Assembly (NCBI GenBank): GCA_001788015.1
Contig: MFZO01000044.1
Location: 1 to 62,393, forward strand
Direction of reading: 5' to 3'
Source of the DNA: Candidatus Roizmanbacteria bacterium RIFCSPHIGHO2_02_FULL_38_11
Lineage (GTDB): Bacteria > Patescibacteriota > Microgenomatia > UBA1406 > GWC2-37-13
DNA: 62,393 nt
Shown: positions 43,817 to 53,085 of the stretch, one piece after another
Numbering within the stretch: position 1 is the first letter of the stretch
Layout of the letters: the number at the start of each line of letters is the position of its first letter
Notes under the pieces: model-generated
Database searches by the model: none
Seen by the model: only the letters and a program-made list of their open reading frames with translations
What the model was told of the DNA's origin: nothing
Program-made: the position numbers and the translations under genes

Positions 43817-46135
43817 ATGGATAAAAAGTTTATACCTTCACAAGTTGAGGAGAGGATTTATGAGTTTTGGGAAGAGAATAGTTTATTGAAAGCAAAGAAC
43901 GGCAAACCTTTTACAATATTGATGCCTCCTCCCAATGCAAACGCTTCGCTTCATGCTGGACATGGGATGTACACAGTTGAAGATATTTTAATTCGATATA
44001 AAAGGCTAAGGGGCTTTTCCAGTCTTTGGATACCAGGAACAGACCACGCCGGTTTTGAAACTCAATACGTATACGAAAAACACCTTGCTAAACAGGGTAA
44101 ATCAAGATTCGATTTCAACAGACAGACTTTATATGACAACATTTCAAAGTTTGTAAAAGACAATTCAGGATTGATCTACAGCCAATTTAGAAAACTAGGG
44201 TTTTTGGCTGACTGGAAAAGAAGTGTTTTCACTCTCGACAAAAATGTTTTGGAGACGGTATTGGGAACTTTTACAAAAATGGAGAAAGAGGGATATATTT
44301 ATAAAGATGAATATATTGTTAATTATTGTACCCATTGTGGAACATCATTGTCAGAACTTGAGACAGTACATGTGGAACGCAAAGATCCCCTTTATTATCT
44401 TAAATACGGACCGTTTGTTTTAGCAACAGTCAGGCCGGAAACAAAATTCGGGGATACGGCTGTCGCGGTCCACCCTAAAGATAGACGATACAAAAAATGG
44501 GTAGGAAAAGAAATAGAGGTTAAGGGGTTGTTAGGTAGATTCAAGATCAAAGTAATAGAGGATGAAATGGTGGATATGAAATTTGGGACGGGAGTAGTTA
44601 AAATAACTCCAGCGCATGATCCCAATGATTTTGAAGCAGGAAAGCGACACGGTTTGGAAGTAAAGAGAATCATCAATATCGATGGAAGGTTGAATGAATT
44701 GACCGGCCCTTATGTGGGTCTAAAGGTAAAACAAGCAAGAATGAAAGTAGTGGAAGATTTAAAAATTAAAGGTTTAATCGAAAAAATTGATGAAAATTAT
44801 GCGCATTCGGTAACAGTCTGTTATAAGTGTGGACGAGACCTTGAGCCAACAATTATTCCTAACTGGTTTATCAAAGTGAAAGAACTTAAAAAACCAGTGA
44901 TTGGTGTTATAGAAAAAGAGAAAATAAAATTCTTCCCCAAAAGGTATAAAAAACAGATCTTGCAGTGGTTGAAAGTGATGCATGATTGGCCGATCAGCCG
45001 ACAGATTGCCTGGGGTATAAGAATTCCTGTCTGGTATCTTGTCAAGGATAACGAGAATAAAATTTGGATAAGTTTCATTGATAAAAATAGAGAATTTAAG
45101 AAAGGAACAATTGGACAGTATCTTGACAAAAGTCATAGTTTAAGTGAAATTAAACAAGGCTTGCAGCAAGTCACCGTACCCATTTATAAACGGGAAAAAG
45201 TAAAATACGTTGTTTCCGTCAAAGAACCACAAGACGGACAAGACTGGATTCAGGAGACAGATACTTTTGATACCTGGTTTTCCTCTGGTCAGTGGCCTTT
45301 GGTTACATTAAGTAAGGAAGAATATAAGACTAGATTTCCAACCGATGTGATGGGAACGTTAGCTGACATTTTGCCCTTTTGGGTTTCTCGTATGGTCATG
45401 TTCTCTTTATATGTTAAAAAGGAGATTCCCTTCAAAAATGTCTACCTTTGGTCAAAAGTAGTTGACAGTAAAGGTCAGAAAATGAGTAAAAGTAAAGGAA
45501 ATGTAATTAATCCGATTGATTTAGTCAATAGATACGGTGCCGATGCTTTTAGAGCTTCTTTGATTTTCGGTACGGGTTCAGGCGGTAATGTTCCATTGGC
45601 TGAAGAGAAAGTAATCGGTATGAGAAATTTTGCTAATAAGATATGGAATATAGGGCGATTCATCTGGATGAATCGTTCTGTCATCCTGAGTGAAACGAAG
45701 GATCTCTTGCGAATGCGAGACTCAAATAAATTGAGAGATTCTTCGGCTAAACCTCAGAATGACATAGAAAAAGCACTAAAAAACTTACAGAAAGAATTTG
45801 CTGAAGAAAAAAAGAAATACTTGAGGTTTATGGACTCTTATAAATTCTCCCAAGCTTTAGGGTTGGTTTATGAGTTTCTTTGGCGCAGATTTGCGGATTA
45901 CTATATTGAAGAATTGAAATCCCGACTAAATACCTTGGGATTAACTCCGAGGATTGGGTCGGAGTTGAAAGAAGAGTTAAGAACTGGTAAAATTAGAGTT
46001 CTTGATGAGTTGCAAAATGTATATTTTGAGAATTTAAAAATGCTTCATCCTTTTATACCTTTTGTGACAGAGGCGGTGTGGAAAGTGTTTAAGGGAGAAA
46101 ATAGTTCAATATTGTTAGAAAGGTTAAAGAGTTAA
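43817..46135 (+). CDS. valS: valyl-tRNA synthetase (short form)
   Basis: PPPNANASLHAGHG, PGTDHAGFETQ, KMSKSKGNVI; I chose the ATG at 43817 (MDKKFIPSQVEERIYEFW). Confidence 0.9.
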   Translation: MDKKFIPSQVEERIYEFWEENSLLKAKNGKPFTILMPPPNANASLHAGHGMYTVEDILIRYKRLRGFSSLWIPGTDHAGFETQYVYEKHLAKQGKSRFDFNRQTLYDNISKFVKDNSGLIYSQFRKLGFLADWKRSVFTLDKNVLETVLGTFTKMEKEGYIYKDEYIVNYCTHCGTSLSELETVHVERKDPLYYLKYGPFVLATVRPETKFGDTAVAVHPKDRRYKKWVGKEIEVKGLLGRFKIKVIEDEMVDMKFGTGVVKITPAHDPNDFEAGKRHGLEVKRIINIDGRLNELTGPYVGLKVKQARMKVVEDLKIKGLIEKIDENYAHSVTVCYKCGRDLEPTIIPNWFIKVKELKKPVIGVIEKEKIKFFPKRYKKQILQWLKVMHDWPISRQIAWGIRIPVWYLVKDNENKIWISFIDKNREFKKGTIGQYLDKSHSLSEIKQGLQQVTVPIYKREKVKYVVSVKEPQDGQDWIQETDTFDTWFSSGQWPLVTLSKEEYKTRFPTDVMGTLADILPFWVSRMVMFSLYVKKEIPFKNVYLWSKVVDSKGQKMSKSKGNVINPIDLVNRYGADAFRASLIFGTGSGGNVPLAEEKVIGMRNFANKIWNIGRFIWMNRSVILSETKDLLRMRDSNKLRDSSAKPQNDIEKALKNLQKEFAEEKKKYLRFMDSYKFSQALGLVYEFLWRRFADYYIEELKSRLNTLGLTPRIGSELKEELRTGKIRVLDELQNVYFENLKMLHPFIPFVTEAVWKVFKGENSSILLERLKS
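45680..45763. repeat. 84-nt GTCATCCTGAG...CTCAGAATGAC element in frame inside valS
   Basis: 11-nt terminal inverted repeats with 1 mismatch; same termini as the intergenic element at 47184-47322; encodes VILSETKDLLRMRDSNKLRDSSAKPQND. Confidence 0.7.
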
Positions 46136-46207
46136 CGCGTTAACGAGTTAAGAAATAACACGTTAACCCATAAACACGTTAACACAATAACAGTTAAACA
46201 AACATCT

Positions 46208-46342
46208 ATGAAGAGAACCTGGCAGCCAAAAAAGAAAAAAAGACTACGAAAACATGGCTTTTTAAAAAGGATGGCCACGCATGATGGAAGAAGAGTACTA
46301 AAAAGGAGAAGAATAAAACGAAGAAAACGTTTAACAGTATAA
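46208..46342 (+). CDS. rpmH: 50S ribosomal protein L34
   Basis: [44 protein letters not shown] (44 aa), translated by hand; below the ORF-track cut-off. Confidence 0.9.
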   Translation: MKRTWQPKKKKRLRKHGFLKRMATHDGRRVLKRRRIKRRKRLTV

Positions 46343-46343
46343 T

Positions 46344-47162
46344 ATGTTAACTCCCAATTTTTTCAGCACAACTTTTGTATTTCCTATACTCAATTTGCTA
46401 GTGTTTTTTTATAAAATCTTTCTTTTTATTAAAATTCCAGGAGCATTTGGTTTGGCAATTGTTGCTTTGACTGTTGTCATTCGCTTAATTCTTCACCCCT
46501 TTTTCAAACAACAAATTGAGACGAGCAAAAAAATGCAGGATTTGAAACCCCATCTTGACAGATTGTCACAGAAACACAAAAATGATAAGAAAAGAATACA
46601 GGAGGAACAGATGAAACTTTATCAACAGGCAGGGATAAATCCTGCCTCAGGTTGTCTTTTTATGATTATTCAGATACCTGTTTTTATAGCTCTGTATAAT
46701 ACGCTTTCTTTATTTTTACTTAATGGTAATGCGACAAAAATAATTTCTCAAATAAATAAAGTACTTTATCATCCTATGCTAAAAATCCAGACGATAGATC
46801 CCTGGTTTTTCGGATTTAATCTGGCAGTGTCTCCCGCAAAATCAGGTCAATGGTATTATTATGCATTGCCGATATTAACTGCTTTTCTGCAATATCTGCA
46901 GACACAAGCAATGACGCCGTCTTCTCCCCAAACCTCCGAGGTTAAAGAGGAGCGAGGCGACGGGAAAACCTCGGAGGTTAATAAGGATGGCAAAAAAAAT
47001 GGCGGAGATGATTTTCAAAAAGCTATGAATACACAGATGAAGTTCATATTTCCGCTTATGATCGGTTGGTTTTCCTATACTTTACCTGTTGGCTTGTCAC
47101 TCTATTGGAACATATTCTCAATTTTTAGTATAATGCAATATAGAAGAACAAATTCCAAATAA
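46344..47162 (+). CDS. yidC: membrane protein insertase YidC (short Oxa1-type)
   Basis: GCLFMIIQIPVFIALY and LPVGLSLYWNIFSIFSIMQ motifs; starts 1 nt after the rpmH stop. Confidence 0.87.
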   Translation: MLTPNFFSTTFVFPILNLLVFFYKIFLFIKIPGAFGLAIVALTVVIRLILHPFFKQQIETSKKMQDLKPHLDRLSQKHKNDKKRIQEEQMKLYQQAGINPASGCLFMIIQIPVFIALYNTLSLFLLNGNATKIISQINKVLYHPMLKIQTIDPWFFGFNLAVSPAKSGQWYYYALPILTAFLQYLQTQAMTPSSPQTSEVKEERGDGKTSEVNKDGKKNGGDDFQKAMNTQMKFIFPLMIGWFSYTLPVGLSLYWNIFSIFSIMQYRRTNSK

Positions 47163-47164
47163 AT

Positions 47165-47340
47165 TACGAGTTTCGCACTTTCTGTCATCCTGAGGAGTTC
47201 CGATTTTCATCGGGATAAATTCCACGACGAAGGATCTCTGAACTTGTTTCAGTCTTGTATTCGCCAAGTCGAACTTGGCTTCGCAAGAGATTCTTCTCCG
47301 CCAGTTGGCGGATCAGAATGACAACTGCGAAACTCGTGTA
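47165..47340. repeat. GTCAT...ATGAC composite hairpin element with an outer flanking inverted repeat
   Basis: tacgagtttcgca (47166 onward) pairs with tgcgaaactcgtgta (47326 onward); inner GTCATCCTGAGG ... CAGAATGAC; internal ccaagtcgaacttgg and ccgccagttggcgg hairpins. Confidence 0.75.
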
Positions 47341-47365
47341 AATTTCAAAACTCAAATTTAAGAAA

Positions 47366-47839
47366 ATGGATAAAATTAAAACAATCAAATCCGAAACAGA
47401 AGAATTGCTAAAAAAAATGATCGATAAGTTTGAAGTAGAACTATCCCAAGAGGAAGAAGTGTTTCATGTTGTTATTAAAACAGATGAAGAAGCTCCAACA
47501 GTGATTGGTCGACACGGAGAAACTATTCGCGCTCTGCAAAAGATTTTAGAGGTTGTCTTGTACAAAAAATTCGGCGAACCGGTCGATCTGTTAGTAAATG
47601 TAAATGACTATAGAGAGAAACAGATAGAGCGGCTAGAAGGAATCGTCAAAGATATAGCGGAGCGAGTCAAAAATGAGAGTCGAGAAGTGCCTTTGCGTTC
47701 ATTTTCCTCATACGAAAGAAAAATAATCCATGAATATATTACGAAAAATTATCCAGACCTAACCTCTTATTCTGTAGGTGAAGGTCGAGACAGACAACTC
47801 ATTGTGGCTCCAAAAAAAGAGGAGAAGACTTCAGAATAA
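47366..47839 (+). CDS. jag: Jag/KhpB-type RNA-binding protein (KH plus R3H)
   Basis: KH-like VIGRHGETIRALQ and R3H-like SYERKIIHEYI; canonical position after yidC. Confidence 0.8.
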   Translation: MDKIKTIKSETEELLKKMIDKFEVELSQEEEVFHVVIKTDEEAPTVIGRHGETIRALQKILEVVLYKKFGEPVDLLVNVNDYREKQIERLEGIVKDIAERVKNESREVPLRSFSSYERKIIHEYITKNYPDLTSYSVGEGRDRQLIVAPKKEEKTSE

Positions 47840-47866
47840 AACTTCTGTACAATAAAATTTAATAAT

Positions 47867-47951
47867 GTCATTTCGAGCGAAGCGAGAAATCCAGCGTCAG
47901 CATAATTGCGTTTCACTAGATTTTTCATCCGCTTCACTCCTTCGAAATGAC
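47867..47951. repeat. GTCAT...ATGAC hairpin element
   Basis: GTCATTTCGAGCGAAGCGAGAAATCC ... CTCCTTCGAAATGAC. Confidence 0.75.
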
Positions 47952-47997
47952 AGGTGATATTATTTGACTTTAGCCTATAGCAATAGTATACTTTATT

Positions 47998-48216
47998 ATG
48001 TATTCCCAAAAATACCGAAATTTACTAAAAAAGGCAGTTTTCTTTCTACCAATTTTACTTATTCTTCCTTTTGTCTTTGCTTTTGATACGCTTATCTACT
48101 TTATCACGCGCCCTGCTTGTCTCAGCTGTGGAAATCTGATAGAGTTTCTGAAGACAGCATCATTAAGCGTAGCTTTAATTGGCGGAGTTTTTGGTTATAA
48201 GTTGAAGAAAAAATGA
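47998..48216 (+). CDS. small 2-TM protein (72 aa)
   Basis: Two hydrophobic helices; stop TGA at 48214-48216 lies 1 nt before the ATG of the 1163-aa gene. Confidence 0.4.
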   Translation: MYSQKYRNLLKKAVFFLPILLILPFVFAFDTLIYFITRPACLSCGNLIEFLKTASLSVALIGGVFGYKLKKK

Positions 48217-48217
48217 T

Positions 48218-51200
48218 ATGGCAGATCCAGTTGAAACATTGGGTCAAAGAACAATCGCAGACACGATTATAGAAGCAAGAGACAGCATTCATAAAGAGTT
48301 GCCGTCTGCTCAAAGGAATCCACTGGAAATGAATATTTTGATAACTCGATTGAGACAGGACTTGAAAGACGCCGAGTCACCCGCTAAAGAATTTATTGCT
48401 AATGAAAAAAAAGTAAGTATTGGCCAAGCTCTGCCGGTTAAGCAGGCAGAAGGTGACATGGCGCTTCATAAAGTTATTAGAGCGGTTGAGGCGGCTAAAC
48501 AGGGGGTGCTGGTTTCCAAAACAACCCAAGGACAGGAACTTTTAGTAAAACTTTCCGAAAAAAGTTATACATCTTATTCTGTTGCCTCTGCGATAGAAGC
48601 AAATCTAGCCGATTACTTGATAGGTAACAAAAATATAACTATTAGCACTCAACCGGGAACTAAATCAGATTTTCAGCGCGCATTTGAAAATCTTAATTCT
48701 GATAATGTTACTGCAGCGACATTGATAGGTCAATCAATAATCGAGATGGCAAGGGAAGGAAAGATTGCGGGTCTCACAGAGGATGCGGCAAGAGAAAAAT
48801 TTGAAGTGAAGGAAGAAGAAAAAAGAAGAGAACCGAGAACCCAGGCTGATAGAGGATTAATAGAAGCTGGTTCAGGGCCTGAGAATGAAATGAGAGATTT
48901 CATAGAGCAGTATCCAAAAAAAGACCACGCATTAATTAATGCCTTATATAATCCCAGAGAATTTGAAAGTTTTGTTCAAAGAGAATATTACGAGAAGATC
49001 AAAAAAGAGTTTGAAAATAAGGGATTCACGGGAGACAAGCTTGAGGAGGAGATAGGTAAAGAACTTTCGGAAAGGCTAAGACATGATATAGCTTTATTGG
49101 TTGGTAGGCTTTATCAAAATGTTGATGAATCACATCCGTCTCAATTTTGGGAAGAAGCAGAAAAAAGAGGCGGATTTTGGAGAAATGCCGAGGTCTTTAG
49201 CGAAAATTTGTTGAGACAGATAAGGAATTTGAGAAATGCTGAATTTTCTGTAGATTTTCAATCTAAAACGATGTTCTTCATTAAAGATCAGGAAACTTAT
49301 TATGAAAGAGTTCCGGCGATACCAAGATTTGACAATGAAGCAGTAAGCGAAGAGACAAGAAAATTTGTCAAGCCATTGAGAAAAGATAGAAGAGTTGATA
49401 TTGGTACTTTTTTGCATTCCGTAGAAACGTTGGCTCATTCACACGAGATTCAAACCAGAAAGTTTCTGCACAACGGCCGGGCTTTAATCTATAACCCTAC
49501 TGATCCAGAGAAAGGTTATTACTCTAGTCTATCAGGATATGCAGATAAATTTCTCCCGGCCACTTCGGTAGACGTCCTTTTCACTCTTCCCGACGCCGAG
49601 GAAATTATGGCCGCATCACAGTTAGAAGATAAATTATTCGAAGCAGACTTTGCCAGAACCAACTGGGTTCATCAGCCGGGGTCTGCCGGTTTGGGGCCGC
49701 TGGGAATGACAGAACTAGATGAAGAATCTTTGGAGCGCTTGATGATGATTAATCCTAAGTTGAAGGACGACGAGTGGAGAGCTAAAAGGGCTCTCATTAT
49801 GGGAATAGGTGATAATTATACGATATCTTTAAGACATTTAGAGACAGGGGCTTATGCCGATCCTTCTATGAATCCGGAAGAAGGAATGGGGCCAACTTAC
49901 GGTTCATACGGTCCAAGAGACTCTATCCCCTACATGGCATTTAATATGCTGGCCCATGATAATATGAGATGGCAAGCGGAGAGGCTCTGGTTGGGCAATC
50001 TTTTATTTTTGCCTGTGAGAGGTAAAGATTTGGCAGGACACTTTGGATTTATGAAGTTCTGGGATCATCGAACGCTTTTGGACGAGATGAAGAAAAGCAT
50101 AGACTCTTACATAAAAGGCAGGCCGCCGGAGGATGTTGAAAAAGGAGTTGTAAGATGGGTTGATATCATTAATCCCGGAAGGGTTGGGAGTATATACACA
50201 CGCGGCGGATGGAGAGAATTTTACGCTTATGAGACTCATTTAGTGAGACCCTCTGAAGTAGAATTAAAACAAGGAATAAGGTTTAATATTACAGAGTCTT
50301 GGAAGGCATTGGAAAATGTAGGGGTAGAGTGCCTAAAAGATTTTGTCGGAAGAATAAGCAAAAAGCCTACGTCTTTAGACAAAACTTTTTTTACAGACGA
50401 TGGCAGGGACAATAGAAGAGGATTAATGGAACATATTTATAAGAAATATTTTTCTTCAAATGCTACCGCTGATGAGATTGAAGCTAAGTTTAAGCAATTG
50501 GAAAAGAATCCAGATCAACTTGAATCAGCTTACAAAACATTTTTTTATCAGGCTTTTGCTCGGGCCATGAAACAAAGAATTCCAACAAAGTTTCTTAGGG
50601 TTGAGCGAAATAGATTTGTTTCAGGTAGAAAAAGAGCCTACGAAGAAGTCAGGAAAAACAGCGGTTTGTCTGATGGGGATTTTGCCAGGGCAGTAAACGA
50701 TGTTATCACGGCCGAAGTTTATCTAAGGGGAGAAACGAGCAAAATTTTAAAAGATCAATATAAAGCTGGCAAGAAGTTAAACGAAATAAAAAATATCGAT
50801 TACACTTTGACAGAAGAAAAACTGCGCTTTTATTTAGGTGAGAAATTTGGTCTAAAAGGAACGGATGCAGAAAGAATAGAGAAAGCAGTTAAAACCTTTA
50901 AAACAATTAGTGCATTTGCCGATGAGAGCTATCTAGACGGATTTGCAAAAAAATACGCAGCAGATATGCACGAACACGGATTCCCTTTTGCTATAGCTGT
51001 TGAGGAATTAGATCGTAGCCTTCTTGCTCATAGAGCAGCCGGCGAAAGAACAATAGCTAGAGCTTTGGGTGACACGTCTATGGTAGAGATGCAGGTTGCC
51101 AAGACGATCTCAGGTTACTTTAAAACCATTCAAGAAGTGGCGGTTAATGGAAAGAAAGATATTAGCGAAATTGTTAACTCTATCAATACAGTCAAGACAA

Positions 51201-51709
51201 CAATAGAGATGCTTATTGGTAAAGATGCTGCCCATAGGATTGCACATCATATGGCCGCATTAACCATTTCTTATTTTAAAAAGGATACGGTTTCGGATAA
51301 TATTTTTACCAGGTGGTTTGTTATGAATAAGCCGCATTCTCTGGCTGCCGAGTTTGCCGGAACCTGGAGAGGAGTGTGGGAATGGCAGCCAGACGAGATA
51401 ATGACTTTTTGCAATGAGCTGGAAAAAAGGAGTATTTTACCTAAAGAGCCATTTGAAAAACAAAAAGCCCCAGAATGGCTGAAGAAACCTTCAGCAGAGT
51501 TTAACTTTTTGGGCCAAAAAATTATAATCGGCGGAAAAAGAAAGCCTGATTATGTATTTCACGGCAAGACGCTACGAGAGGAGTTTGGAGGCACCTGGAA
51601 ACATATGATAAACCATGTTCTCAATAAATATTTGCCGTTATTTGCTCTTTTTATACTTTTTCAATATTTACGAAAGGCATATAGTGAGTCGGCAGGACAG
51701 AAAAAATAA
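48218..51709 (+). CDS. giant orphan protein (1163 aa), soluble with a single C-terminal TM helix (tail-anchored)
   Basis: 3.5-kb uninterrupted ORF; no signal peptide; no Walker or other motif found by eye; LPLFALFILFQYL about 15 aa from the C-terminus. Confidence 0.6.
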   Translation: MADPVETLGQRTIADTIIEARDSIHKELPSAQRNPLEMNILITRLRQDLKDAESPAKEFIANEKKVSIGQALPVKQAEGDMALHKVIRAVEAAKQGVLVSKTTQGQELLVKLSEKSYTSYSVASAIEANLADYLIGNKNITISTQPGTKSDFQRAFENLNSDNVTAATLIGQSIIEMAREGKIAGLTEDAAREKFEVKEEEKRREPRTQADRGLIEAGSGPENEMRDFIEQYPKKDHALINALYNPREFESFVQREYYEKIKKEFENKGFTGDKLEEEIGKELSERLRHDIALLVGRLYQNVDESHPSQFWEEAEKRGGFWRNAEVFSENLLRQIRNLRNAEFSVDFQSKTMFFIKDQETYYERVPAIPRFDNEAVSEETRKFVKPLRKDRRVDIGTFLHSVETLAHSHEIQTRKFLHNGRALIYNPTDPEKGYYSSLSGYADKFLPATSVDVLFTLPDAEEIMAASQLEDKLFEADFARTNWVHQPGSAGLGPLGMTELDEESLERLMMINPKLKDDEWRAKRALIMGIGDNYTISLRHLETGAYADPSMNPEEGMGPTYGSYGPRDSIPYMAFNMLAHDNMRWQAERLWLGNLLFLPVRGKDLAGHFGFMKFWDHRTLLDEMKKSIDSYIKGRPPEDVEKGVVRWVDIINPGRVGSIYTRGGWREFYAYETHLVRPSEVELKQGIRFNITESWKALENVGVECLKDFVGRISKKPTSLDKTFFTDDGRDNRRGLMEHIYKKYFSSNATADEIEAKFKQLEKNPDQLESAYKTFFYQAFARAMKQRIPTKFLRVERNRFVSGRKRAYEEVRKNSGLSDGDFARAVNDVITAEVYLRGETSKILKDQYKAGKKLNEIKNIDYTLTEEKLRFYLGEKFGLKGTDAERIEKAVKTFKTISAFADESYLDGFAKKYAADMHEHGFPFAIAVEELDRSLLAHRAAGERTIARALGDTSMVEMQVAKTISGYFKTIQEVAVNGKKDISEIVNSINTVKTTIEMLIGKDAAHRIAHHMAALTISYFKKDTVSDNIFTRWFVMNKPHSLAAEFAGTWRGVWEWQPDEIMTFCNELEKRSILPKEPFEKQKAPEWLKKPSAEFNFLGQKIIIGGKRKPDYVFHGKTLREEFGGTWKHMINHVLNKYLPLFALFILFQYLRKAYSESAGQKK

Positions 51710-51751
51710 ATCTCGCTTGAGTTTTTCGATTTTTTTAGGTGTAATGAAAAT

Positions 51752-53083
51752 ATGAAGAAAATTTTTATTTCTTGCTTTTTTATATCTTTATTTTTTCTGT
51801 TTCAGCTTAAACCAGTTGTTTTAGCCGGTCCCCAATGTAATGCTTTAGGAGGAACCTGTAAGCTAAATTGTGATACAAACACAGAAGAACCTAAAGCTAC
51901 TCAAGACTCTCAGGATTGTCCGCTCAGCGGGCTAGGTGGAAATACCCGAGAAACATGTTGTGTTCCTCTTGCAGTACCTCGTGATGGAAGACAATGTAGA
52001 GCTTCAGGATGGACTTGTGAAAACTATTGTACGGGAGCCCCCAAAGGTGAACAAGATTGTCCAAGGGTAAGCGGTGGATTGGGGGGACCAATCCAACAAG
52101 TTTGTTGTGATCTTTCTGCCCCCTCTCCTACGCCTCCAACTGGAGCTCAATGTAAAGCTCAAGGATGGACTTGTGAAACCTATTGTTCAGGAGCGCCTAA
52201 AGGGAACCAAGATTGTCCAAAAGTCAACACAGGATATGGACTGGCTCAACAAACTTGTTGTGATCTTGCTGCACCATCTCCCACCCCTCCAACAGGTGCA
52301 CAATGTAGCGCATTAGGAGGGACTTGTGTATTAAATTGCCTAGGAGATCCTAAGGGAACCCAAGACTGTCCACCGACCAACACAGGATATGGGGGAGAGC
52401 AACCACAAACTTGTTGCGTCGCTACTACTCCTGCTAATCCTTTAGACTTTGAAATTCCAGGTGTGGGGTGCGGAGTGCCAAACGATACGACAGGAGCAAA
52501 TAAATGTTGTCAGACTACTAAACCAAACTGCAATTTTGGGGTAATGGAAGTACTTCAGGTTATACCTGGAATTGGTGATTGGATAAGAGGAGCTAAAGCT
52601 CAATGCGAAAGTCTAGGTGAATTTCAAGAAAAATACGGCAAGCTAAAATGTTTATACGGTCAGGAAAAGTATGATGCTGCTGGTAATTGTGGTTGCGTTA
52701 CAGAAGCCACAAGCAGTGCAATTCCTGAAATTAGAGAGATGTGTAAAAAATATCTTGGGACGTCTAACCCCAAAGAGTTTGAGGCATGTGATAAATGTGC
52801 CGCTACTGGTTTTTATACAGGCATAGGCTGTATACCGCTTACGCTAGGGGGTTTTACCAGCTTTGTATTCAGTTTTGGCATTGGTTTAGGCGGAATCATT
52901 GCTCTACTTTGTATTATTTACTCGGCGTTCGTCATGCAGACCTCAGGTGGTAATCCTGAAAGGATCAAAAAAGCCCAAGAGAACTTGACTTCGTGCATCA
53001 TGGGATTAATGCTGATAATCTTTGCCATTTTTATATTGAGGGTAATAGGTGTAAATATTTTAAAGATACATGGGTTTGGATAA
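51752..53083 (+). CDS. secreted Cys-rich repeat protein fused to a pilin-like two-helix C-terminus
   Basis: Signal peptide (..VVLA/GP); 4 six-Cys repeats; a further Cys-rich middle region; C-terminus TM - TSGGNPERIKKAQENL - TM, like the small pilin-like ORFs. Confidence 0.65.
   Translation: MKKIFISCFFISLFFLFQLKPVVLAGPQCNALGGTCKLNCDTNTEEPKATQDSQDCPLSGLGGNTRETCCVPLAVPRDGRQCRASGWTCENYCTGAPKGEQDCPRVSGGLGGPIQQVCCDLSAPSPTPPTGAQCKAQGWTCETYCSGAPKGNQDCPKVNTGYGLAQQTCCDLAAPSPTPPTGAQCSALGGTCVLNCLGDPKGTQDCPPTNTGYGGEQPQTCCVATTPANPLDFEIPGVGCGVPNDTTGANKCCQTTKPNCNFGVMEVLQVIPGIGDWIRGAKAQCESLGEFQEKYGKLKCLYGQEKYDAAGNCGCVTEATSSAIPEIREMCKKYLGTSNPKEFEACDKCAATGFYTGIGCIPLTLGGFTSFVFSFGIGLGGIIALLCIIYSAFVMQTSGGNPERIKKAQENLTSCIMGLMLIIFAIFILRVIGVNILKIHGFG
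51836..52417 (+). repeat. four tandem coding repeats of about 150 nt (six-Cys module)
   Basis: Repeats 2 and 3 are clearly similar at the DNA level (caatgta(g/a)agct..ggatggacttgtgaaa..tattgt..gattgtcc..tgttgtgatct..); spacing C-x6-C-x3-C-x9/15-C-x12-14-CC. Confidence 0.85.
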
Positions 53084-53085
53084 AG

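Noticed and set aside
47185-47388. 67-aa minus-strand ORF, and the 80-aa ORF at 47767-48009
   Set aside because: Both are read-throughs of the GTCAT...ATGAC repeat elements (peptides such as ..IRQLAEKNLL.., ..HFEGVKRMKN..). These are the typical false ORFs generated by such repeats.
9535-47951. Whether the recurring GTCAT...ATGAC repeats form a CRISPR array
   Set aside because: The copies are dispersed over 38 kb and are not regularly spaced. They are internally palindromic and modular, each sits in a different intergenic gap, and no cas genes are present.
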